NCBI GenBank assembly: GCA_964465215.1
Contig: CAYXHO010000002.1
Location: 1-27,551 of the forward strand
DNA length: 27,551 nucleotides
Direction: 5' to 3'
Origin: an uncultured Candidatus Saccharibacteria bacterium
GTDB taxonomy: Bacteria > Patescibacteriota > Saccharimonadia > Saccharimonadales > AWTP1-31
Shown here: positions 17,416-26,300 of the stretch, piece by piece
How positions within the stretch are numbered: the first letter of the stretch is position 1
How the letters are laid out: every line of letters starts with the position of its first letter
The notes under the pieces: generated by a model
Told to the model about the DNA's origin: nothing
The model's input: only the letters and a program-made list of their open reading frames with translations
The model's database searches: none
Made by a program: the position numbers and the translations under genes

Positions 17416-18367
17416 ATGAACTATATACCAGGAAATTACTCGGCGGCAGAAATCGTGCGAGCTGGACAAACTATTGCACTACCTAAAGGAAGGGAGACAG
17501 AAGGCGTAGCCGAATGGCTCACCAACATTGGTCTTACCCTGCCGGACTTTGAACGGAGGTGTCTTCACCGTAACTGCACAAAATCGAACTTTCTACCGCT
17601 CGCGAGGTAAAGATATACCCGAAGAGGTTCTAAGAGGAATTGCAGATGTTGGATTTTGCGGCAGTGATGTATTTAACGAGGGATACTTGGCTGGAAAATT
17701 CAAAACTCTAGGCTTTAAAGCTATTACCGGGGCAGGATGTGATTTGGTTCTAGCAGGAAAACCATCTCTCAATTTGCGAAAACCGCTAAGAATTGCAACG
17801 AGCTATCCGCTGCAGGCAATCAAATATTGCATGCAAAGGGGCTATACTATCGATTTGCAAGCTTTAACTGAGTTTGGTGGCGGCATAGAAGGCAAGTTAG
17901 TCTCGGATGCATTCAACGCTATTGTCGATCTTCGGAGCTCTGGCGAAACACTGCGTGACAATGGTCTTGAAGTATTCGACTGCTTTGACACCATCCAATC
18001 CGGCGTCGTCTATAAGCAGCAACCGACTGATTGTGCCGACCTACTTGTGGATCCTTGGCGAATATACGCTGAGGCACAGACTTTGCAAAATCGCTATCAG
18101 CAAGCTCAAATGGCCACAGAAATACCTACTCGTAAATCAACCATACAACTACTCATGGATGGGAATAAACGACGAAAGAATCTTGGTGAAGAAGCTGCCG
18201 AATTAGTTACCGCAGATGCACTTGGCATTGATATCGCAACCGAAGTTGCCGATGTTTCTTTTGCTACCAAGGTTATTGGTTTGGCAAATGGTATTTCACC
18301 TATCCGAGCACTTAACGAAGAGCTACTGCGTAATTCTGTACCTGATTTACCGAATCTACCATGTTAA
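17416..18367 (+). CDS. hisG: Short-form ATP phosphoribosyltransferase (HisG) fused to a phosphoribosyl-ATP pyrophosphatase (HisE)-like domain; split into two frames joined by a putative +1 programmed frameshift at 17563-17569
   Basis: Frame 1 (17416-17610) has IALPKGR. The +1 frame has RGKDIP, GIADVGFCGSDVFNE, RIATSYP and AIVDLRSSGETLRDNGL, then HisE-like KNLGEEAAE...EVAD. Joining after Leu50 (CTT) into ACC 17567 gives 316 aa. A pseudogene or sequencing error cannot be excluded from one sequence. Confidence 0.8.
17555..17569 (+). promoter_or_regulatory. Putative +1 ribosomal frameshift signal GGAGG-TGT-CTT-CAC-C
   Basis: Internal SD-like GGAGG 3 nt before an in-frame CTT, as in prfB (AGGGGG-UAU-CUU-UGA-C). 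The A-site codon is His CAC. Confidence 0.7.
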
Positions 18368-18373
18368 ATAGAG

Positions 18374-18385
18374 TACAATAGGAGC
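18374..18385 (+). promoter_or_regulatory. Possible internal -10 (TACAAT) and SD (AGGAG) for hisS
   Basis: TACAAT 18374-18379 lies 9 nt before ATG 18389; AGGAG follows immediately. Confidence 0.5.
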
Positions 18386-18388
18386 TAT

Positions 18389-19693
18389 ATGTCACTATCT
18401 ACACAACCCTATAAAGGGGCCCGGGATTTCTACCCGGAAGATCAACGATTACAAAACTATATCATCCGCACGTGGAGCAAGGTGCTAGAGCAATTTGGCT
18501 ATGAAGCGTACAACGCTCCGATGCTAGAAAGCATTGATTTATATAAGGCCAAGTCAGGTCAGGAGATAGTCAACGAACAAACCTACACCTTTACCGATCG
18601 AGGTGGTCGTGAAGTGGTTATTCGCCCTGAAATGACTCCTTCAGTCAGTCGCATGGTGGCTGCCCGGCGCCAAGAACTTGCCTACCCGCTACGCTGGTAT
18701 AGCATCCCAAACCTCTGGCGCTATGAGCGAGCTCAGCGCGGTCGGCTTCGCGAACACTGGCAACTCAATGCCGACCTATTTGGTGTTGAAGGGTTAGAAG
18801 GTGAGCACGAGATGATCCTCATTTGTGATGCCATTCTAAAAGCATTTAGTGCTTCTCGCGGAATGTACCAGATCAAGATTAATAGCCGTCAGCTGATGGA
18901 TTCAATCATGTTAACCTATTTGGGCCTTAATAAAGCTCAGGCACATGATCTATCTAAGTTAATCGATCGGTTACACAAAATGCCACGAGCCACATTTGTG
19001 GCTGAAGCAGATGCGCTGTTAACGCCCAGCCAAAAGCAAGCCGGTGTGAGCGAACGGCTTTTAGAAGTACTTGACGTTGATAACCTTGCCGATTTACCGG
19101 AAGGTCTGATGGATAATCCAGCTGTATTAGAGTTACAAAAGCTTTTTGACATGCTTGAAGATGGTGGCGTTACTAACGCCGTGTTCGACATTAGTATCAT
19201 GCGTGGTTTCGACTACTATACCGGCGTCGTCTTTGAACTAACCGATACAGACCCAGAAAACAATCGCTCCATGATGGGTGGTGGACGCTACAATGGATTA
19301 GTTGGGTTGTTTGGCGTTGACCCCGTACCAACCATTGGTTTTGGTTGGGGTGATGTCACGATGATAAACTTCCTATCATCACACGATCTTTTGCCAACAC
19401 TGCCCTCAGAAACGGAAGTGTATGCCATCCTTATTGGAGATGTCTACCAGCAAGCCCAGAAGCTACTGGCTGCACTTCGATCTGAAGAATTAACCGTTGC
19501 CGTTGACGCTAGTGACCGAAAAATGAGTGCCAAGCTCAAAAGTGCTGTCAAAAAGAATATCCGTTTTGCTCTCTTTATTGGCGAAAAAGAACTTGCCGAA
19601 GGTCGCTATAACCTTAAAGATCTTCACAGTGAAACAGAGCAAACACTGAGTCCTGAGAGGATTGTCAGCACTGTTTTAGATGTCCGTAAGTAA
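18389..19693 (+). CDS. hisS: Histidine--tRNA ligase
   Basis: PYKGARDFYP, IRPEMTPS, motif 2 RYERAQRGRLREHWQLNAD, RGFDYYTG, GGGRYNGL, GFGWG, and a C-terminal anticodon-binding domain, which argues for HisS rather than HisZ. Confidence 0.95.
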   Translation: MSLSTQPYKGARDFYPEDQRLQNYIIRTWSKVLEQFGYEAYNAPMLESIDLYKAKSGQEIVNEQTYTFTDRGGREVVIRPEMTPSVSRMVAARRQELAYPLRWYSIPNLWRYERAQRGRLREHWQLNADLFGVEGLEGEHEMILICDAILKAFSASRGMYQIKINSRQLMDSIMLTYLGLNKAQAHDLSKLIDRLHKMPRATFVAEADALLTPSQKQAGVSERLLEVLDVDNLADLPEGLMDNPAVLELQKLFDMLEDGGVTNAVFDISIMRGFDYYTGVVFELTDTDPENNRSMMGGGRYNGLVGLFGVDPVPTIGFGWGDVTMINFLSSHDLLPTLPSETEVYAILIGDVYQQAQKLLAALRSEELTVAVDASDRKMSAKLKSAVKKNIRFALFIGEKELAEGRYNLKDLHSETEQTLSPERIVSTVLDVRK

Positions 19694-19695
19694 GT

Positions 19696-20103
19696 CTAGG
19701 CAGTAGTTGGGTCGGCATATGGTTGGCCCAAAACAACACCTTCGGGTAAATAACTCGGTACCCAATCCTGTGTCAAAACAGCACCCCAAGCCTTGGTGAC
19801 GCGTGTCCAATTTTGTTCATTGACACCGATTGCGCCAAATAGTCTATGAATCTCTGGACCGCGTTGCATATCTACTGCTATTTCTGTGTGTCAAACTGCA
19901 ATTGACCTACCGTCAACAGAGTATCTGGCTATAACGAGTCCATTTGCATACATCGAGCGACACAATTCTGAGATTACATAATACATATCATCAGGAAGCG
20001 CCTCAGTTAATTCAGTACTGCTCATAAAATTGTTTCTGCCCAGTAACTGTTCGTACACTAACTGTTCTCCAGGGTAAATAAATCTGTTTATTTCATCAAT
20101 CAT
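19696..20103 (-). pseudogene. Orphan ORF interrupted by one in-frame TGA (19891-19893): pseudogene, readthrough gene, or two tiny ORFs
   Basis: ATG 20103 lies 7 nt after a perfect TATAAT (plus-strand 20111-20116). 70 codons precede the TGA, and the same frame stays open for 64 more codons to TAG 19696-19698. Confidence 0.55.
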
Positions 20104-20168
20104 GGAAAAGATTATATAACCATTTGCTCCGATTACCATTACCGCTATCTATAGACGCTTGTTTGCTG

Positions 20169-20174
20169 TATACT
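20169..20174 (+). promoter_or_regulatory. -10 hexamer TATACT for tig
   Basis: 9 nt before ATG 20184, no SD; back-to-back with the TATAAT of the divergent minus-strand ORF. Confidence 0.6.
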
Positions 20175-20183
20175 ACTCCAGTT

Positions 20184-21473
20184 ATGCACATCAAACTCAC
20201 CCACAATTCAGACACCAACGTAACTATTAGCGTTGTTGCTGATCTTGAAAATCTGACCAAAATCAAAGAAGCAATCGTCAATCGACTTGGAGCCAGCGTT
20301 AAAATTGCCGGCTTTCGCCCTGGCAAAGCACCTCTTGAAATACTCGAGAAAAACCTTGACCAACAAGTACTCCAAAGTGAGTTTATCGACCAAGTTCTCA
20401 ACTATGGCTATACGCAGGCAGTTGTCAATGAAAAACTACGAACTGTTGGCCAACCAGAAGTTAACTTGAAAAAGTTTGTGCCATTCACCACCTGTGAATT
20501 CGACGTTACTGTTGATGTGCTTGGAGAAGTCGTTCTTCCAGACTACAAAAAAATAAAGAAAACTAAGCCATCGGTAAAAGTTGATACTGCTCAAGTTACT
20601 GAGGTCCTTAAATCTTTGCAGAGCCGTATGGCGTCCAAGACACCTGTAGATCGAGCCGCTAAAGAAGGCGATGAAGTAGTAATCGACTTTAAGGGTGTCG
20701 ACGACAAAGGTAAGCCCGTAAATGGGGCAGATGGTAAAGATTACCCATTAACCCTCGGTAGCAATGCATTCATTCCTGGATTCGAACCAGCTGTTGTTGG
20801 AGTAAAAAAAGGTGAAGCAAAAACCTTTACTATTCCTTTCCCTAAAGACTATGGCGTGGCGGCACTGCAAGGTAAAAAAGTAACTTTCACTATTACTGCT
20901 AAAGAAATAAGCGAACTCACTCCACCCAAACTTGATGACACATTTGCCGAGCAAGCAACCAACGGTCAAATCAAGAACATGACCGACCTCAAAGCAGATA
21001 TTAAACGACAACTAGAACACGAAAAGTCAAATGAAGCCGACCGCGCGTTCGAAACAGAACTGCTGCGAGAAATTGCTGCAAAAGCCAAAGTCGCCATTCC
21101 AGCCAGCGTAATTGATGAGCAAGTACTACGCCTTGAGCAAGATGAAAAGCAAAACCTTATGTACCGAGGCCAGACCTGGGAAGAACACCTGAAGGGCGAG
21201 GGAGTTACTGAAGAAGAACACCGAACTCGAAACCGCAAAGATGCTGAAGAGCAGGTTAAAATTGGTATTGTCATCGGTGCTATTGGCGATCAAGAGAACA
21301 TTGACGTCACTCCCGAAGAACTTGAAGTACGCATTGCGCTTCTAAAGGGTCAATACTCAGACCCAGCCATGCATGCCGAACTCGATAAACCAGAAGGCCG
21401 TCAAGACATCGCCGCGCGCATCCGCAGTGAAAAGATTGTCGCCAAAATCGTCGAATACGCAACAAAGAAATAA
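20184..21473 (+). CDS. tig: Trigger factor
   Basis: Ribosome-binding motif IAGFRPGKAP, FKBP domain (VVIDFKG, LGSNAFIPGFE), C-terminal chaperone domain. Start moved from 20124 to ATG 20184. Confidence 0.96.
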   Translation: MHIKLTHNSDTNVTISVVADLENLTKIKEAIVNRLGASVKIAGFRPGKAPLEILEKNLDQQVLQSEFIDQVLNYGYTQAVVNEKLRTVGQPEVNLKKFVPFTTCEFDVTVDVLGEVVLPDYKKIKKTKPSVKVDTAQVTEVLKSLQSRMASKTPVDRAAKEGDEVVIDFKGVDDKGKPVNGADGKDYPLTLGSNAFIPGFEPAVVGVKKGEAKTFTIPFPKDYGVAALQGKKVTFTITAKEISELTPPKLDDTFAEQATNGQIKNMTDLKADIKRQLEHEKSNEADRAFETELLREIAAKAKVAIPASVIDEQVLRLEQDEKQNLMYRGQTWEEHLKGEGVTEEEHRTRNRKDAEEQVKIGIVIGAIGDQENIDVTPEELEVRIALLKGQYSDPAMHAELDKPEGRQDIAARIRSEKIVAKIVEYATKK

Positions 21474-21476
21474 GAT

Positions 21477-21797
21477 ATGACACCTGAAAGACTCCATTGC
21501 CATAGAGGCTATCGTTTAGAGGGCCCGGAAATCCCACAAGCAGTAAATCTACTGCATCAGTACGGGAGTGTTATTAGTTTGCTCAGATTTGACCGCAGTG
21601 AAGAGGATGCCCAATGGAAATCTGATCTGGATGCTTTACACGGAGCAAACCAGTCAGACGCAGAAAGTGTATGGATTCACCGTCGAACAGGACATTTCTT
21701 GCAAGGTTTATTTGACATGCCAGCCGACGTTGTAGAAGTTGATCATTCGCAAAAACCTGAGCCGCCAATTTTGGAACATACTGGCAAAAAGCCTTAA
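21477..21797 (+). CDS. Hypothetical protein (orphan), probably co-transcribed with tig
   Basis: 106-aa ORF starting 3 nt after the tig stop and filling the tig-clpP gap. Confidence 0.6.
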   Translation: MTPERLHCHRGYRLEGPEIPQAVNLLHQYGSVISLLRFDRSEEDAQWKSDLDALHGANQSDAESVWIHRRTGHFLQGLFDMPADVVEVDHSQKPEPPILEHTGKKP

Positions 21798-21816
21798 CTA
21801 ATCCGCATATCTTTAG

Positions 21817-21843
21817 TTAGCACTCGAACTTGACGAGTGCTAA
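21817..21843 (+). promoter_or_regulatory. CIRCE element (HrcA operator) upstream of clpP
   Basis: Perfect TTAGCACTC-N9-GAGTGCTAA. It overlaps -35 TTGACG (21830-21835); -10 TATACT is at 21852-21857, 8 nt before the ATG. Confidence 0.96.
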
Positions 21844-21865
21844 TTTGTAGCTATACTTTAAAAGT

Positions 21866-22471
21866 ATGAGTAATCTCACTAACTATTCCACACTCGTTCC
21901 AACCGTTATTGAAAGTGACGGTCGTATGGAACGTGCCTATGATATCTACAGCCGATTGTTAAAAGATCGCATCATTTTCCTTGGAGATGGCGTGAATGAA
22001 CACACCGCCAACCTCATTGTTGCCCAACTTTTATTCCTGCACGCCGAAGATGCCAAAAAAGACATCTATTTCTACATCAACAGTCCGGGGGGTAGCGTGT
22101 ACGATGCTTTAGCCATCTACGACACCATGCAATACATCAGCAATGATGTGCAGACTGTCGGTATTGGCATCCAAGCTTCTGCTGCCGCTTTCTTGCTTAG
22201 TTCAGGTACAAAAGGCAAGCGCGTCGTATTACCTAACGCCAGCGTGATGATCCACCAGCCCAGCAGCGGTACCCGAGGTAAGGTAACAGACCAAGAAATT
22301 GATCTGCGTGAGAGCCTTCGTGTAAAAAAACTGCTCGAAGAAATTATGGCCAAAAATACCGGGCAGAAGCTAACCAAAATCCATGAAGACATGGAACGCG
22401 ACAAATGGCTGACTGCTAAAGAAGCTGTTGCCTACGGCATCGCCGATAAAATCATCACCAGCTTAAAATAA
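21866..22471 (+). CDS. clpP: ATP-dependent Clp protease proteolytic subunit
   Basis: [24 protein letters not shown], catalytic Ser in QASAAA, His in [13 protein letters not shown]. Confidence 0.98.
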   Translation: MSNLTNYSTLVPTVIESDGRMERAYDIYSRLLKDRIIFLGDGVNEHTANLIVAQLLFLHAEDAKKDIYFYINSPGGSVYDALAIYDTMQYISNDVQTVGIGIQASAAAFLLSSGTKGKRVVLPNASVMIHQPSSGTRGKVTDQEIDLRESLRVKKLLEEIMAKNTGQKLTKIHEDMERDKWLTAKEAVAYGIADKIITSLK

Positions 22472-22475
22472 TCAT

Positions 22476-23126
22476 ATGAACATGCTGTACGAACTAGAAT
22501 CCAATCTTAATCAAGATGCTATTGGATCAATTTTTCGAGAACGCGCCGGTATTCTTGCAAGACCTGATAATAAACAACATCTGAGAGAACGGTATTTGAG
22601 TGCAGTCGTAGAGCGGGGCTCTTCAGATGCGCCTGAAAATTTTTCACGATTTTTTAAAGCAGTTCGTACAGGTGACCGAAGTGAACTACGCATGTTTATG
22701 TCTACGACAAACGGCACACTTGATGGATTTGCCACCATCCAGCCAAATCTAGATCTTTCTAGGTGTCGACTTCCATTGCCGCGTGTGATGGGAAAAATTA
22801 TTCCTGCCATATTTGAACAGCTTGATATAATAGCGGATGGTGCATGCAATGTCAGCGGCTATGTGGATGTAACAATGCCGGACGTGCAAAAAAGACTGAC
22901 AGCTATGTTTAAGGCACTTCGGGGACATACACCAGATACTGCAACCTGGACACTTGCTCCCGCACATAATTTTAGCAATTTACACGCCGCCCTTAGTGCT
23001 GCTGGATTTGCACAGAACACAAACTTTCCTCCTGCACGCTATGAAGAGGGTGAAACCCCAGCTCACCGCATAACACCGGTTCAAGCACTTTATGTAGCTA
23101 TGCCACTAGAATCAACCAGATCATAG
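22476..23126 (+). CDS. Hypothetical protein, possibly a degenerate GNAT-like fold
   Basis: 216-aa ORF 4 nt after the clpP stop. MFMSTTNGTLDGFATI and NLHAALSAAGF loosely resemble GNAT elements. The function call is weak. Confidence 0.6.
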   Translation: MNMLYELESNLNQDAIGSIFRERAGILARPDNKQHLRERYLSAVVERGSSDAPENFSRFFKAVRTGDRSELRMFMSTTNGTLDGFATIQPNLDLSRCRLPLPRVMGKIIPAIFEQLDIIADGACNVSGYVDVTMPDVQKRLTAMFKALRGHTPDTATWTLAPAHNFSNLHAALSAAGFAQNTNFPPARYEEGETPAHRITPVQALYVAMPLESTRS

Positions 23127-23155
23127 TTGCACTATACTGTGCTATTTGGTACAGT
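23127..23155 (+). promoter_or_regulatory. Promoter of rpoBC
   Basis: TTGCAC (23127-23132), 17 nt, TACAGT (23150-23155) with TG-n extension. A second TATACT lies at 23133-23138. Confidence 0.55.
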
Positions 23156-23329
23156 AAGTACTAAGAAGTAGAGTAAGTGGGCACTGCCGTGTATCAAAAT
23201 AATACATTAGCATGTTGCACCTCTTAGGTAGTCTTCGCGCGAATAACATCTAAAACAAAAGTCTGCCCGGTTAATCGGGTAAGGTTACAATTTATTACTT
23301 AAGCAATCTAAGCGGGAGAATGCTTGTCT

Positions 23330-26300
23330 ATGGCAAAAGATGTTCAGTCTGCGACCACCAGCAGCAAACGGGTGTTTTATACCAACACCAAAGATCCAAT
23401 CGACCTACCAAATCTGGTCGACCACCAAAATAAATCATGGGACTGGCTCGTAAAAGAAGGACTCGGCGAACTATTAGCCGAAGTAAGTCCAATCGACGAT
23501 TACACCGGTACCAAACTAACCTTGAGCTTCAAAGACTACCGATTTGAAGACCCCAAGATGACCGAGAACGAAGCTCGTGAGAACAACGTCAGCTATGACG
23601 CCCCTCTCAAAGCTACCGTCGTACTCACCAACAAAGTAACCGGTGAAGTAAAAGAACAAGAAATTTACCTCGGCGACTATCCTTGGATGACCAGCCGCGG
23701 TACATTTGTTATTAATGGCGCAGAACGCGTTGTAGTAAGCCAGCTCATTCGATCAGCTGGTGTTTTCTTTACAGCTGATAACAGCGGTAGCGCCAATCGA
23801 TATGGTGCAAAGGTTATTCCAGGCCGAGGTGCATGGCTCGAATTTGAAACCGCAGCCAATGGTGCATTGTATGTAAAGATCGACCGAAAGCGAAAAATCA
23901 CTGTCACAACCTTGCTTCGCGCGCTAGGCATGACAGAGGCTCAGATCAAAGAAACATTTGCAAAGGTCAATAACGGCAGCCTCGACTACGTTAAAGCTAC
24001 CCTGGATAAAGATCCTGCTCGTGGAACCAACGATGCGCTCATTGAAGTATATCGCCGTCTCCGTCCAGGTGACCTGGCAACCGTCGACAACGCCCGCAGC
24101 TTGATCGAAAACATGTTCTACAACTTTAAGCGATTCGACTTCTCCCGAGTTGGACGCTACAAGATTAACAAGCGTCTTAACCTTGACGTGCCAAACACCA
24201 CTGAGAACCGCATTATGCGACTCGAAGATTTGACCGCAATTATTAGCGAGATCATTCGACTTAACAACACGCAAGAACCAGCTGACGACATCGACAGCTT
24301 GGCAAACCGCCGCGTGAAATTGGTAGGTGAACTTGTCCAACGACAATTCCGCATTGGTCTGCTTCGCATGGAGCGTAACACCAAAGACCGCATGAGCATG
24401 AGCGAGATCGAAACTGTAACTCCTGCTCAATTAATTAATGCTCGTCCAATCGTGGCTGCTGTTCGTGAATTCTTTGCAAGCTCACAGCTCAGTCAGTTCA
24501 TGGATCAGATAAACCCACTAGCCGAATTGGCTGTCAAGCGACGCCTGAGCTCTATGGGTCCTGGTGGTCTGTCTCGAGAACGTGCAGGCTTTGAAGTCCG
24601 CGACGCGCACGCTACCCACTATGGTCGTATCTGTGCCGTGGAAACTCCAGAAGGTGCCAACATTGGTTTGGTACTGAACCTTGCTAACTATGCCCGTATT
24701 AACGACTACGGTTTCATTGAAACTCCATATGTCAAAGTGGTAAAGGGTAAAGTTACTGGCGAAGTTGAATATCTTGATGCAGCTGCCGAAGAACATGCCG
24801 TTATCGCCAGCGCCGGTGAAGAAATCACTGCCAAAGGTACGTTTGCCCGCGAACGCGTTAGTGCCCGTCGATACCTAATCGCCGGAGAAGTTGACGCCGA
24901 CGAAGTCACCCATATGGATGCATCTCGTCGCCAAATTATCGGTTCGAGTGCTGGGCTCATTCCATTTATTGAGAAGAACTATGTGTACCGCTCCCTCATG
25001 GGAAGCAATCAGCAACGTCAAGCTGTGCCGCTTATTAAGCCACAAGCTCCAATTGTTGGTACCGGTATGGAAGGTACTGTTGCTCGCAACTCTGGCCAGG
25101 TGGTCATGGCAGAAGCCAATGGCGTCGTTACTAAAGCCACCGGTGATGGCGTAACAGTTAAATACGCCAGTGTCAGCAAAACGTACGAACCATTGCACTT
25201 TATTCGATCTAACGATGGCACCAGCATTAACCAAAAAGTTGTTGTCGAAACCGGTGACAAAGTAAAAGCTGGCGACATCCTTATCGAAGGTATGAGCATC
25301 GAAGATGGTGAATTAGCACTCGGTAAGAACCTCACCGTTGCCTTTATGCCATGGAATGGTTATAACTTTGAAGATGCCATTATCCTCAGTCGTCGTTTAG
25401 TTGAAGACGACACGCTTACCAGCGTTCATATCGTTGACTACATGACTGAAGTTCGTGAAACCAAGCTTGGCCCTGAGGTTGTAACCCAGGATATTCCAAA
25501 CGTTTCCGAAGAAGCCCTGCGTCACCTCGATGAAGATGGTATTGTCCGAATCGGTGCCGAAGTACACCCTGGTGATATCTTGGTTGGTAAGATTACACCA
25601 AAGGGTGAACAAGAACTTAGTTCCGAAGAACGCTTGCTCCGTGCTATCTTTGGTGAAAAAGCCAAAGAAGTGCGCGACACCTCACAACGCATGAGTAACG
25701 GTAAGCACGGTAAAGTTGTTGGTGTTAAAGTTTTCTCTCGAGAAAACGGCCACGAACTTAAAGCCGGCGTGATCATGCAGATCCAAATTTTCGTTGCCCA
25801 AATGCGCAAGATTAGCGTTGGAGACAAGCTTGGTGGTCGTCACGGTAACAAGGGTGTTATTGCCCGCATTCTACCTGTTGAAGACATGCCATTCATGGCT
25901 GACGGTACTCCGGTAGATGTCGTCTTGAACCCACTTGGTGTACCAAGTCGTATGAACGTTGGTCAGTTGTTCGAAACGCACCTTGGAATGGCTGCCAAAG
26001 CCCTTGGTATTAAAGTTGCTACTCCATCTTTTGAAGGTGTAGAAACTTCTAAGATCCGCGAACTACTCACTCAAGCTGGTCTGCCAGATGATGGTAAGCA
26101 ACAGCTTTTTGATGGACGCACTGGTGAACCATTTAGCGAACACACAACTGTCGGTAACATGTACATGATTAAGCTCAACCATATGATTGCCGACAAGATC
26201 CATGCTCGATCTACCGGACCATACACTATGGTTACCCAGCAGCCACTGGGTGGTAAGGCTCAAAACGGTGGTCAGCGCTTTGGAGAAATGGAAGTCTGGG

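Noticed and set aside
17528-17566. TTG start at 17528 for an independent 279-aa HisG-HisE ORF
   Set aside because: It has no SD and would omit the essential N-terminal PKGR motif encoded in the upstream frame.
18389-19693. Possibility that this gene is hisZ
   Set aside because: It is full length, with intact class II motifs 2 and 3 and an anticodon-binding domain.
19891-19893. UGA-to-Gly recoding (genetic code 25) as explanation for the internal TGA
   Set aside because: There is no in-frame TGA in any long conserved gene, and the 14384 ORF ends in a typical ATGA overlap.
23135-23156. LexA SOS box in the rpoB promoter
   Set aside because: TACTG and CAGTA are 12 nt apart rather than the 10 nt of the E. 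coli-type box; kept only as a generic inverted repeat.
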